Shown here one piece after another: positions 11,922 through 24,332 of a stretch of 40,740 nucleotides of DNA (position 1 is its first letter; each line of letters starts with the position of its first letter). The translations under genes were made by a program, and so were the position numbers. The notes beneath the pieces were generated by a model. The model saw only the letters and a program-made list of their open reading frames with translations, searched no databases and had not been told where the DNA came from. Source of the stretch: Parasitella parasitica NRRL 2501 (taxonomy: Eukaryota; Fungi; Mucoromycota); assembly GCA_025201805.1 (NCBI GenBank), contig MU619241.1, positions 425,115-465,854 on the forward strand. Reading direction: 5' to 3'.

Positions 11922-13704
11922 TTAGACAGCTCCTGCTGCTAGGCCAAGAACATCTCTGCGTTGGTCTTGCCACCCTATCGCTTCTGCGCTACATCCTCGA
12001 GGCCATCGAGCGCTTGAGCCATATAACGATTCTATTTCCTTCATAAACCCATCAAAGTAATTCCAATTTGTAGCTGCCTTTTGAGATTTTTCGAATCCTC
12101 CGCCCGGCCACACTAGTGTTGAGTGATCCTTGTGGATCATAAATATCTCTCGGAGCACCATAAACCTGTATCTTTCAGCGTTCAGGTGCAATGCATGTGA
12201 TTGCTTGTCTCCTCCTTGATTCTTGAAACGAGCGTCGTATAAAGGCGCTGATCGATGTAGTACGTAATAAGGTTCCCATTGAGATTCAAAGCAGACTTCG
12301 TAAGCAAGCGGGTTCCCGTGCAATAAGGGCCTGTCCATAGCAATCTGGGCAGCCAATGTTGGACCATGACCGGCCCCTGGATCAGTAATATAAGCAATAT
12401 TGCGCCCTACGAGCTGCCTCAATTCACTGTACGATTGTGGCATTGGTAGGTGAGCAAATTCTTCCCGAATAGCAAAACACGGGACAACCCAGGCTGTTTC
12501 TGGTATGTTGCCAGCCTGGTATACAACGAAAGGAAGGAGGCGTGATCGCAGAAAGTTGTACAGATACTTTGTGGGAGTGAAATCCGCATCCATGACGAAT
12601 ATGTAGTCTGTTGATGATTCTGTGATGGCTATGTTTCGTAGATGATTGATAGGGTATGCCAGATGAGAGCTGTCCGAGTAGCTGGGCTTTACTAGAGTAA
12701 TGGTAACTCGAGAATAAGCTTGCAAGTTGTCTTGGTTTTCAAAGTATTTGATCAGATGGTCGATATCTGTTGGTTGCGTAAGGTATCTAGTAACACTTGT
12801 TTAGTACCACACTATTGGACTGGAATTAGAGTGCATACATGGCTACTGAGATAGGCCCTGTCCATGCTTCGATCGCTCTTGCAAATGTGTCCAGTCTGTT
12901 TACTGAAAACTGGCTAATCATACACACGTCTATATTCTCGGCTTCTCCATTAATTATAGCATGCTGAACGAGTACAATCTCCTCATTCTGACCAGATTGC
13001 TCTATTTGGTATTGTTAGTAGTTGTTTGCTGCCATGTCAAATTCTGCACTTGCCACTCATTAGTTTCTTCATTTGCTGTGCAATGATCAAAATATCGGCT
13101 GTTTTCAAGATTGAGTATATTTAAGCAATGCCATGAAATCTAGCTGCATCTGACCTCTTAGATCCATCTCGACAAAATTGCGGCATTTTAGACTGTAGCC
13201 AGACTCTGAGCATTGTGTGTGTCCTTGTGGGATCGTGAGCCATTCGCCGTTATCTACTCGCCCCTCAATCTTGACTCTCAGCCGACAGCCCTCGCTCAAC
13301 TGAATAGTAGACAAGTCGCGAAACACTCCAGCTTTTGATAAATCAGACCAGACGTAGTTTTGATTTGCCTTCCATGTCGAGCATCTGTTGCTGGGATTGC
13401 ACAGCACAGCTGCGCATGTGGTTTCGTGCTTTTTATATACAGGCTGGTTCTTTAGCGCCAGTCTGCTGGTTTTGGGATTAGTGGAATTGGGATAAAGTAG
13501 AAATACGAAAAAAAAGATGGCTATCAGTGTAAAAATGCCCTTTGTTGGTGAAAGAAGTCGCTCCTGCCACATGCCGCTTGATGAGCTGGAAGGCCCGGAT
13601 GGTTTGTAATGGCGTCGTGCATTGCTGAAATAGCGCTTCTTTTTATCGTCGTCGTCATCGTCATCAACTCTGCTGTAACTACTCCCATTAGAGAACGGAT
13701 TCAT
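11922..13704 (-). CDS. Type II membrane glycosyltransferase, GT49-like (LARGE/B4GAT1-type domain), 4 exons
   Basis: N-terminal TM anchor GIFTLIAIFFFVFLLY and a Cys-rich stem. Motifs W.GPISVA, YPINHLRNIA, DxD (VMDADF), WEPYYV and GGDKQSH. ATG at 13704. Confidence 0.85.
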
Positions 13705-13720
13705 TATATTACACACAAAA

Positions 13721-13723
<3 letters not shown>

Positions 13724-13767
<44 letters not shown>
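13724..13767. repeat. (AG)22 microsatellite, i.e. (CT)22 on the coding strand ~20 nt upstream of the glycosyltransferase ATG
   Basis: Directly visible. Confidence 0.95.
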
Positions 13768-13768
<1 letters not shown>

Positions 13769-13979
13769 AAAAGCAATGTACGGTTTTACGCCACTCTCCT
13801 TCTTCTTTAGGTGACTGACTTACTGGAAATGGGCATGTGTGTAAGGTGGTTTTAGTTTTTATTGTACATAGCATTTTGTTTGGCGAGAAATTGGTCATAT
13901 ATTATATATAGTAGAAAATGTATCATTTGTGGTGTGCTTCTTTACATCATTGCATCAATCTAATTAGTGTGTTGTTGAT

Positions 13980-15237
13980 CTAGTTCTTTCCGGCATTTTC
14001 AGGTCTAAGCTGACGGACAGTCTTGCCAGTTCTCCAGATCTCAGACTCACGAATTTCTCTGAGCTCCTCCTCGAGCTTTTCACGGTAATCGGGTTGGGAG
14101 TTGCGATCAAGAGAACGAGCAGTTTCCGAACCATCTTTGACGGATCTGTAGAGATCCTCAAAGACAGGCTTAGAGGCATCATGGAAAGGCTTCCACCAAT
14201 CAAGAGCACCACGCATAGCAGTAGTAGAACAGTTGGAGTACATCCAATCCATACCACGTTCACCGATCAAGGGATACAGAGACTGAGTAGCCTCTTCAAC
14301 AGTCTCGTTAAAGGCTTCGGAAGGGGAGTGACCGTTGGCCCTCAAGACCTCATATTGTGCTTGGAACAAACCTTGAATAGCACCCATCAATACACCACGC
14401 TCACCAAACAAATCAGAGTAGACTTCCTTTTCAAAGGTGGTCTCGTACATGTAACCAGAACCGATTCCGATACCTAAGGCAACGGTGCGCTCTTTAGCAT
14501 GGCCACTGGCGTCTTGATAGACGGCGAAAGAAGAGTTGATACCACGACCCTCTTGGAAAAGGCGACGCACAGTGAAACCGGAGCCCTTGGGGGCAACGAG
14601 GATAACATCAACACCCTCAGGAGCCTCAATGTTGGTTTGGTCCTTGTAAACGATAGAGAAACCATGAGAAAAGTAGAGAGTCTTGCCAGGAGTCAACAGA
14701 GGCTTCATTTGGGGCCAGATCTCCTTTTGGAAAGCATCGGACAAGAGGTTCATGACGACAGTACCCTTCTCCACAGCATCCAAGACAGGGAACAAGTTCT
14801 TTCCAGGAACCCAACCTTCTTCAATGGCTTGTTGGTAGGTCTTACCTTCACGCTGGCCAATAATGACATTGACGCCGTTGTCACGTAAATTCAGAGCTTG
14901 GCCGCGACCTTGGGGACCATAACCGAGAACAGCGATAGTATCGTTCTTGAAGGTTTCGAGCAACTTTTCCTTGGGCACATCGGCACGTTCGTAGACAGTT
15001 TCCTTTGATCCACCGAAATCAAGAGTCTTCATACCACGAACTTGGGTGGTGATCTAATTGACCAATTAGCTCATGGTTTTAGGAATGTCAATGAGGTTTA
15101 CTTACAGTGGTAGACTTGACAGCAGCACGCTTGACATTGCTTGCCAACATGGACATAGGTCTAATGGCAGCAGCAGGGCGAGAGATAGTAGCACGGGCAG
15201 CTGAACGGAGAGCGGTGGCAAAAGTACGAGAGGCCAT
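13980..15237 (-). CDS. ILV5: Mitochondrial ketol-acid reductoisomerase; exons 15237-15106 and 15053-13980
   Basis: GYGPQG Rossmann motif, LYFSHGF, VAPKGSG, SDLFGERGVLMG and CSTTA. Arg/Ala/Ser-rich presequence MASRTFATALRSAARA. Confidence 0.97.
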
Positions 15238-15462
15238 TATTATTATTATTTTTTTGACACAATAAAATGTTTAATAGAAAGAAGAACAAGTATGTATATG
15301 CCCTTCTTTTTTTTTCCTGGCTTTTATACTGAAAACAGATGGATGGCCTTCTTTCGGAGTGACATGTTCGCCTTACACAACAAGGCAAGCATCGTCCAAT
15401 CAGCACAAGGGGATAAGAAATCTTTGATCAATGCATTATTGCACCTGGCCTTTCTGATTGGT

Positions 15463-15471
15463 GTGAGTCAT
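15463..15471. promoter_or_regulatory. Gcn4/Cpc1-type site GTGAGTCAT upstream of ILV5, beside CCAAT boxes
   Basis: Matches TGA(C/G)TCA ~230 bp upstream of the ILV5 ATG. CCAAT occurs at ~15396 and ATTGG at ~15457. Confidence 0.45.
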
Positions 15472-16796
15472 TAATTGTAAAAAGATATGGTTACCAATTA
15501 CCATGGAATCTCTTAACTTTTATACCAGTGATATATATTTCTTCTTTCTGCAGTGTAGGATGCAAGATATTCGGCCTCTTTCATTGGTTATAGATGTATT
15601 CATCTTTTTCCTTGCAGCTCAGACTGTTTCGATCGACCCATTTTTATTTTTTTTATTTATGCTTTAACCTTCAAGATTTCGTCACATGCACTCGATCAAG
15701 CTTCCCAAAAAGGAATATCGCTCTTGACACATTTCAGCAGATTACTGATTGTTTGGCTTGAGCATTTCATATCCATTGCAAAAAGTCGAAATGCAGAGTG
15801 AGGTCTGACATGCCATGGCTGTGCCCCAGCTTGGATAAGTCTTGTAGGGATGCCTTATGCATTCAGCCATTTCGTCGCCAGTCTTCGCTGCAACACAAGC
15901 ACTATGTACCGTATACTCTCGAAAAAAACTCTGTGCATTGGAAAGCATCGGCAGAGACATAGCCCGCTTAATTTCTGTTTTGTACATACAAATTGCTTTA
16001 CAGCAAACCTGTACTTCCAGTACATGTGCGTACATGGTTGTTTGCCAATTATTTCGTTTTTTTTTGTTACCAAAAGGCTCGCAAATCGTAATTAAGCAAG
16101 TGTATATGAGTGAAGGATGTTGCACAAAGTTATCCTAGACATTTAATGATAATGGTTTTTCATGTATAAAAAAAAAAAAGGCTGCACTACCGAAAAGATT
16201 ACTTGTAGAGATTCTAGTATTTCCTTCGTATGCATATGTGTCCATTTACACGACTAGTTAATACACTTTGAACTCTATACTAACCCTACCTATATACTTT
16301 AAATCAATATTACGCTTTGCTGATGATTAATTTTGGAAATGTACATTCAGGTCATTTATTTCCTTGAGGTGTGGATTAGTGTAGCGTGATACAGTCAACG
16401 TATAAGGCCTGGAAAGTGCAAGTAGACACGAGACAAAATGAAATACACGGAATTTTTGCTGATTAATAAACTGCGTTTTATGAGAGAACCACTCCAAATA
16501 TCGTGTGAATCAGTGTCTACTGCCGCCTTTTTGTATAGGAAGTAACGTCGATTCTTTATGGAGGTATTAGAATGCACGCAAAGGTTGCACTGATATGAGC
16601 TTCAGATCATGCAAATCCAAACACTCTAGGCAAGGGCTCTTTTGGATTGTATCGAGCCAACCAGTGGCATGCCGTATTTCTGAGAGTGGCCTTCTCAAGT
16701 GTAACGTACAAAGTGGTATAAATATCATCCTATTTTCTACCCTTCTTTTATTTTATTTTTTCACACTCTTGTATACACAAAAAAAAAAATCGAAAA

Positions 16797-17791
16797 ATGT
16801 CGCCTCCCATGTGAGCAATTTGAATGTATGCCGATGGCTTCAAGTCTAGACTAACACCTGTTTGCGTAGCACTGACAACGCGCAACAGCAACAGGCCGCT
16901 GCTCCCAACTTGGAGTTGGAAATGCACCGCAAAAGCTCAATCTTCCTCAGATCCAAAAAGAAGGTCGTTTTGACTGGATCCGAGACGGAGGAAGAAGCCA
17001 GGGCTGCCGAGCAGCAGCCAGTTATCATTCCATCAATGCCAAAATTCAAAGATGTTCATAGTCAACGGGTTCACATGAAACAAAAGCTGGCTGCCGGCTT
17101 CCGACTTCTGGCCAAGTTTGGCTGGGATGAAGGTGTTGCCGGGCACATGACATTCCGTGACCCTGAATACCCAGATCTCTTTTGGGTCAATGCCTTTGGG
17201 CAGTATTTTGGCCACATCAAGGCCAGCGACCTGATCCTCGTTGATCATTCTGGCGCTATTGTGCGGGGCAAATACACTGTCAACAAGGCAGCCTTTGTTA
17301 TTCATGCCGCTATCCACCAAGCAAGACCTGATGTCACTTGCGCAGTCCACACGCATTCCATTTACGGCAGAACCTTTTCTACACTAGGCCGCAAGCTTTT
17401 GCCCATCTCTCAAGATTCATGCGCATTTTTTGAGTCTCACGGCCTCTACGAAGACTTTGGCGGCGTGGTGTTTGACCATGAAGAAGGCCAGCGATTAGTC
17501 AAGGCCTTAGGCCCGACTAACAAGTCGCTAATTTTGCAAAACCACGGCTTATTGACCACTGGCAAGACGGTTGACGAAGCCATCTGGGCATTCATCTCCA
17601 TGGAAAGATCATGCCATTCACAACTGATGGCAGAAGCAGCGCATGCAAACGGCTACAAGGACCTCATTTTGATCGAAGACGAGGTAGCTAGGCAAACATG
17701 CAGAACTGTTGGTGATGCGAATGCTGGATATGCCCAATTTCAGCCAATGTACAACATGATCATCAAAGAGCAGCCTGATTGTCTTGAATAA
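16797..17791 (+). CDS. Class II aldolase/adducin family protein; intron 16811-16869
   Basis: Motifs GWDEGVAGHMTFRDP, FWVN, IHAAIH, VHTHS and LILQNHGLLT. The first exon splices as MSPPI-TDN. Confidence 0.93.
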
Positions 17792-17897
17792 AGCATATAT
17801 TCATCATTTATTTAACATTGTACAATATTATTAGTGGAGGGGAGGGGGGAGGGCGGGGGATATTTATATACGGTTATTGTGGTGGCTCCTTGGTGGG

Positions 17898-18200
17898 CTA
17901 ATACTTTAGAATAATGTATAGTGCGTGGACTAGTTTAAAATGAACCGTCAGTACAGACATCTCTCTCTCCTTCCGGATAATAAACTTACTGATTCCAGGA
18001 ATATAGCCAAGACAGGTCAAGCCAATATTGACTAAAAGATCGCAGACGCAGCCTCTCTCCATAAAGACGCCAAGAGGAGGAAGGACGACAGCTGTGCATG
18101 TATACAAAAATGCCGTTGAGCACAGATGGTCCCCGCAACCACAACACTAGATTCACTTACCAAAGAAAATTTTGCAGATATCAGAACAGGTAAATGCCAT
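17898..18200 (-). CDS. PMP3: Plasma membrane proteolipid 3 family protein, 3 exons
   Basis: Spliced product MAFTCSDICKIFFAVVLPPLGVFMERGCVCDLLVNIGLTCLGYIPGIIHALYIILKY has the Pmp3 signature LPPLGV...GYIPGIIHA. Confidence 0.93.
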
Positions 18201-18400
18201 TTTTATTATTCAAACAGTGAATGTAGTAGTTTTATGAAATGAAAATAAAAACAAAAGGGCAAACCGGATAATTGGAACTCTTTTTATATCTGCTTATTGT
18301 TTGGTGGGTTGGACAGAAAACGTCATTTTTCAACTCAAACTAGTATTTGATGACAACATTTTTGAATCACAACTACCGTACACCGCCCCCTACTATATTC

Positions 18401-21400
18401 CTACAGAGATTTCCATGCGCTTAAACGCCAAGGTGCGGTCAGAACAGCCCTCTGCGCCAGCTTCTTGTCTTTTGTTGCTATAGCAGCGTACTGGTAGGCT
18501 TCAGACTGTGAATTCGCTGTAGGCGAGTTTTGCTTACTGATGACGAGCGTACTTGATGTCATTGTATTCATTTTTGGGTCGTTCAACTGCACAAGGTGTC
18601 TGCTTAAACGGGCCCACACTAGCGTCAGCCAAGGAGTTTGATGTACGCTTCTCATTAAGGCACGACTTGCCTGCAATTTGTCTCCCTACGTCATTGAAAT
18701 GGGTTTTGTTATCTGATGCGCATGTAATATAAATCGAAAATTTTTACCCTTAATTGATGGAATTTGTAAAATAACCACGATATGTGCTGTTCCTTGTCTG
18801 AATCGTCTAAAAAGGAGGGCGGCATTCAGCGTCATCTCATACATTATGCACAAACACACACACACACACACACACTTACATGCAATGGATATGGTCACCT
18901 TAGCTAATTCTTGCAATGCTGCTGCTGTTAACGTTTCATCATCTTGAAGCATTCCCATCACACAAAGCGAGAAAATAGCAGGCAAGTAATCTGGATTGTC
19001 AGTGATACTGTTTCTAAAATTAGCACTGTGTTTTTTTTTTTCCCATGTAAAAATGTCTTGAAAACTACCTGGAAAATAGCTGATCTTTGGCCACTGCACG
19101 TTGTTCATCGCCTCCTAAAGCCCAGAGCACTTTGCTCAGCAACACAACGACATCTTGGCGCAAAGAAACGTCGTCCTGTGTTGCATTCAGGGCAAGTTCA
19201 AACATATTCAGCGACTCTGTCAGTCTGTCCATAAAGTAATAGGCGATGCCAGCGTTCAGGTGAGCATACACACTGGATGCATCTGTCACGGAACAAGACG
19301 AAATGGCTCCTTCGAAATCCCCACTAGCGCACAGCGTACGGCCCAGATTAGCATGGACCTTTGTAAGACGTATCGCTCCTTCTTCTTGGCTGATTTTCCC
19401 TTCTTCTACCTGTGCCTCCAGTGCCAGGATAGCGGATGCAAATGACTCTGAAGCCCTGCCATACTGTCCTAGTCGTTCTAATAGCAATCCCATCAAATTG
19501 AATGACAGGGCATCGTTTAGCTTCTTTTCTGTGAGTTTCTCTAGCGCAAACAGCGGCGTAATGGCAGCTGTTTCCTCTTGCAGCTGTCCTGATAAAAGTC
19601 CTTGATACACTGTATCCGCATACCCGTAGCTAGCTTCCATGGCTGATCCGTTACTTGATTCGAATGCATGCTCAAATATGGCTGCTGCATCAGTGCCCCA
19701 TAACGAAGCAACATAAGCTTGTCCTACCCAGGCAGAAATCCATTCAGGATCCAGCGAATGCGCCATCTCAAACGCCTGATTAGCCAATTCATAGTCTTTG
19801 GAAGACAAGCATAGGAATCCATAGTTTGTCCATGGGATTGCGCTTCTGTTATTGAACTCCATCGCCTTGATGAGCGCGTACTGTGCCAGTCTGGGTATGT
19901 CAGCCACTGTCATTGCAATCACACCCAAGGTATTCCAGTACATGTACTGTGTGGGCTCCAGCTTCAAAGCTACCTTGGCACACTTTACGGCCATCATTGC
20001 GTCTTCCTGCATACTGTTGTTGCTGTTGTTGAGGCTCAAGTGGTAATAGACAATGGCCAAATCGTGCCAAAATGCAGGTGCAATCGCTCGGTGGTTCTTG
20101 CACAGCACAATCACTTGTTTATAAGCGTTCGAGGCACATGACAAAATCACATCTAACGCAGTTTTCTGCGGGAGGCTGAAATCATCATCTACGTCTTGCA
20201 AAGCCAAGAATTCTGCAACCCAATGACTAGTTGTATCTGGCTCCAGCTTTAACGTGTCATGTGCGTTGGTAGCACCGAGCAGCTGCATTACAGCTTGAAG
20301 TGCACCGTAGGCACAGTTGTTGAGGTAGCTGGGTATATGACGGTAGAATGCGCATGCATCACCAACCAACTTCCACAGCGATATGATGCTCGCATCCACC
20401 TGCAAACCTCGAAGCGCAGTGTCAAACACTAGGTTGCATCCATCAGACGCGCGTCCAAAGAAACCGGCTTGGAAGTCTTCCTTGGCATGTTCTAGATACG
20501 TTTCAGCTAGTCCTGCCAGGGCTGGGATGTAATCAGGTTTGTTTTGTTCCGCAGCAATGTGCAAGGTGTGCTGAAACCCAGCAATAGCATCGTCTAGCAA
20601 GCCGACTTTCTGTTGAACGTACGACTGTTCATTGTGAGCGTGCACTGACTGAGGGTCCAGCTGAGTCGCCCGGCCAAATGCCTTGAGTGCAGCGACATAG
20701 CGGCCTGCTCGAGAATAGGCCTCTGCTAGACCCTCCCAGCATCTCACATCGCTAGTATCTGATCGCAATGCCTTTTGGAAACAAACAATGGCTTCGTTGT
20801 AGGACTGAATATTCTAAAAAATTGGAGGGGGGGGGGAAGGAAGGGAGAGGAGAGGAGAGGAGAGGTCAGGATTCTGCACATGCGTATTCAACTTGAAAAA
20901 TGTGTACCATATTGACATAACCGAGGCGCCTCCATGCCCAGCCAGTTTTAGGACATGATTCAGAGATTTGACGGAATATGGCCTCTGCTTCTTCCAGCTG
21001 GTTTTCAGCAATCATGTAATCTGACAAGTGCAAAGCTGCATCTGTATCTAATGCGTTCAAGATGAACGCCTTTTGATAGCATTTTTTGGCTCGGGCTCCG
21101 TCTTTTTTGATGTCTCGATAATAGTGTCCCAAATAAGTGAATCCGCTAGCAAAGTAAGGATCCAGTTTGACTGCCTGCATAAAGTATTTAAATGCATCGT
21201 TTGGATCTGCGAGTCAGTTAAGCGGTATTAGTTCAACTATGGCCAAATGCTCGCCTAAAACTTGGCTTCCTCTAACCTTGCATTGACCAATAGATGCGGC
21301 CAAGACGATAGTGGTAGTCTGCGATATCCGTGCCTGCAATCTCCAGAGCTTTGTTGACATACTCAATGGCCGTCTGGTACTCTTTCTTCTCGCAATAAAT

Positions 21401-23087
21401 CCATCCTAATTCTGCAATAGACGTGTGGTTCTTGGCATCCAATCGCTGCACCTTTTCAAAATTATCGACGGCCTCATCTAGTCGTTTTTCTTCAATCAAA
21501 ATCAATCCCATCCCCTCCAGCGCTTCCGTCTGGTTTGGATGATGCTGCAAAATTGACTTGTACAAGGCCATAGCGTCCATGTGGTATTTTTTATCCAATA
21601 AACGATAGCAATGCGCCATGCAAATCTCTAGTGAAAGCAATGCGCTGTGGCATACGTCAATAAGCAGGCTGACGGTAACACACGCACATTGACAAGACTT
21701 ACTTGCTCTTGGAAACACCAGTGTCAAGCTTTGTTTTCTTGACCAAATCCTTGCCACGAGTAGCGTATTCCAGGCCAGTTTCATATTCCTTTGATTTGTA
21801 ATAGATCCAACTGAGGCACTGATAGCCGAATAAACTGTCGGGGCATGCGTCTAGTCCTTCGCTGAACAGATCGAATGCTTGGTCGGTATTCCCCTCTTTG
21901 TTCAACTGATAACCACGAGCAAGTTTTGATAATCCATGCTCAGGGAACCGGGTCTTGAGCTGCTCCAATAACGCCCAATCATATTTGTCTAGCAAAAGAA
22001 AAGAAGAAAAAAAAAGATTGATATAGATCCTCTAATTTGAAGATTCCCAATGCTTTGTACCTGGCGAATCCACATCAGCAGACTCTATCAAAACTTGGAG
22101 CGGCAGCGGATCGTCTAGCGCTGTCAACTGCTTTGCCAAGGCCAGAACCTTGTCGTACAGCTGCAAATCATCCAGTGAGTAGAATGCCAAAATGGAATAA
22201 ATATATACCGTGTATACCTCTGCCTTGTCTTTGCTCCCCAGCAATCTCTTGGAATAAAAGTGCAACAGCTTCAGTTTCCACGCATCTTGCTCCTCTTTGT
22301 CATCCTCGGGCACCAGATCCAATGCATTCTCGTACATGAACCCCAACTTTGACGCACCAAACACGTCTGCTTCCACCTCTGCCAGCACCTGCTCTGGACT
22401 TCCTGCGCTGACTCGGAATCTTCGAGACGCAACCTCGCCTTCAATCTTTTCGTTCTGTTCCTTTTCTGCCTTGGCGATAATAGTCTTCCAAATCTCCATT
22501 TGGGAGGGCAAATTGGCTTGGTCTTTGATTAAATCGTAGTGAGGACTCTGAGGCAAGAACTCCTTGAGCGTCTCGAGGTACTGATCTTGGTCGTTCCGCT
22601 GCTTATACACATGCAGCAGTTTCTTGTAATAGTCTGCTAGTTTTGCCCCGTCGCCACTAAATGTCTGTGAATATCTGCAGTTTGCGCAAAATCAAGCCAG
22701 AACAAACCTTTCAATGACACGAGGGATCAGCAAGTCAAGCGTCTTGGCCAAGGATTCTAGCTTATTTCTCTTTTCATAGAAGCTAACGAGGCCTTGCCAG
22801 CCGAGCATATTGTCTGAATTGATGTCTATGGCTCTTTTGTAGGCTTCTTCTGCCTCATTGTCGCTTTCCAGGCCTGTATATGCTACTCCCAAGAAAACCC
22901 AACTGTAGAACAAAAAAGGCTGTCAATATGTTTTTTTTTTTTGCATTGTCAAATGTTTAAAGACCACCCACGCGTTGTAGTTTTCGCCTTCCCACAGCAA
23001 GACTCGCTTGCAAGCTTTGACGGCTTCACCAAAGTCTTTCTTTCCGATGGATTCTCTTGCAATCTTCAAGTCTGCCTTGGAGTTCAT
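18401..23087 (-). CDS. SKI3: Superkiller complex TPR protein Ski3 (TTC37/SKIC3 homolog), multi-exon
   Basis: Large all-TPR protein. Typical segments include NYNA-WVFLG, GWQGL, FTYLGHYY..RAKKCYQKAF, WAWRRLG, WEGLAEAYSRAGRYVAALKAF, WTNYGFL and a C-terminal APW. Confidence 0.88.
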
Positions 23088-23266
23088 TTTGCCTTTTGAA
23101 GTGGTGATAAATAGAATGACCAGAAGCTGTGGTTTGTTTCCAATTTGAATATCGCTTTAAATCTCAAATTGCATGGTCACGAAGCAAAACCCTGGATGGA
23201 TGAAAGCAAACAGCTGAACCCGAGAGTGCTTCCTTTTGCTACTTGTTCAACTAGAACCCAAAAAAC

Positions 23267-24128
23267 ATGAAGTATCTTTGCGTATCTCTAACGCTTCTCT
23301 TGGCGTGCTTGACATTTTGTAAAGCTGCCATTGTCCAGGTTACCGATGAAAATTTCACAGATCTCGTTGGCAAGGACGATGAATGGCTTTTGGATTTGTA
23401 GGTGTACTGAGCCGGTATATAGCATGCATAGCCACTAAATGTGTTGCCAAACTAGTTATGCCGACTGGTGTGGATACTGTAAGCGTTTAGAACCGAAATA
23501 TCAAGCAGCTGAACGCCTGCTATCCATGAGCTCTCATTCTCACGTCAAAGTCGGTGCTGTCAATGTTGAAACAAACCCAGGATTGGCTGCGCGATTCTTT
23601 GTCTCGCGTCTGCCTACCATTGTCCATATCAAAGATCACGAAGGTATGGTGCAAGAGGCCGCATATCATGAGATACACTAGTGCACAGCTGACACATTTT
23701 TTTTTTAAAAAAATCAAGTTCGCAGCCTCAAGCCTACCCAGAGAGAAAACGAAATTGTTTCATTTGTCACTATGGAGGAATGGCGTCAAGTCGACCCCAA
23801 GTCTGGCTTGATCTCGCCTTTTAGTTTGTTGTGAGTATAGTCTAAACTGCATGGTTTCCAAAGCATTAACTCTGTATTAACAAGTGGGAAACTGGTTGGC
23901 TTCACTGGCAAAACGGTCAAAAAGCTATCTTCGTACTCTCCGTGGACCCTCATAGGTGTTTTGACAGGTTTCTTGATCTTTGCTATTAGCTTACCTGTCA
24001 TATTAAGCAAGAAAGACTCTAAAGAGCTCGAGGAACCAGCAGAGGAAGTACCAGCAAAAGCTCAAATTGCATCTGCAACCAAACAATCACCCGAATTAAG
24101 ATCAAGAAGGTCAAAGCGCATTGATTAA
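23267..24128 (+). CDS. Thioredoxin-related type I membrane protein (TMX/PDI family), 4 exons
   Basis: Signal peptide, FYADWCGYC active site, RFFVSRLPTI cis-Pro loop, TM helix WTLIGVLTGFLIFAISLPVIL and basic tail RSRRSKRID*. Confidence 0.88.
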
Positions 24129-24332
24129 AAAACATACTATTTTTATACTGTGGAATATTTGTCGACTAGTTGGGAACAATGCAACTAAAGGTACTTTTTT
24201 TTTAAAAAAAAAAAAAAAGCTCTCTTCTCCTTTTGCTAATGCTACAGCGTATAGCCAACTTTTTTTATGGACATGAATCAAACAATGAACTCGTAAAATT
24301 AAAACAAAGATGTTATGCGGATAGTCTAATGA

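Noticed and set aside
13704-13776. N-terminal LSLSLS extension of ORF 13105-13776
   Set aside because: It is a translation of the (CT)n microsatellite from a non-ATG start. The real ATG is most likely 13704.
14094-14888. Antisense ORFs over ILV5, and similar ones over SKI3, NF1 and ELP3
   Set aside because: Shadow ORFs expected from codon bias, with no independent motifs.
10586-18200. Metabolic gene cluster (phosphatase, glycosyltransferase, ILV5, aldolase)
   Set aside because: No backbone enzyme, transporter or regulator, and no coherent pathway. It looks like ordinary neighbouring housekeeping genes.
20823-20866. Purine-rich G/GGAGA tract
   Set aside because: A simple low-complexity pyrimidine tract (on the coding strand) inside a normal SKI3 intron.
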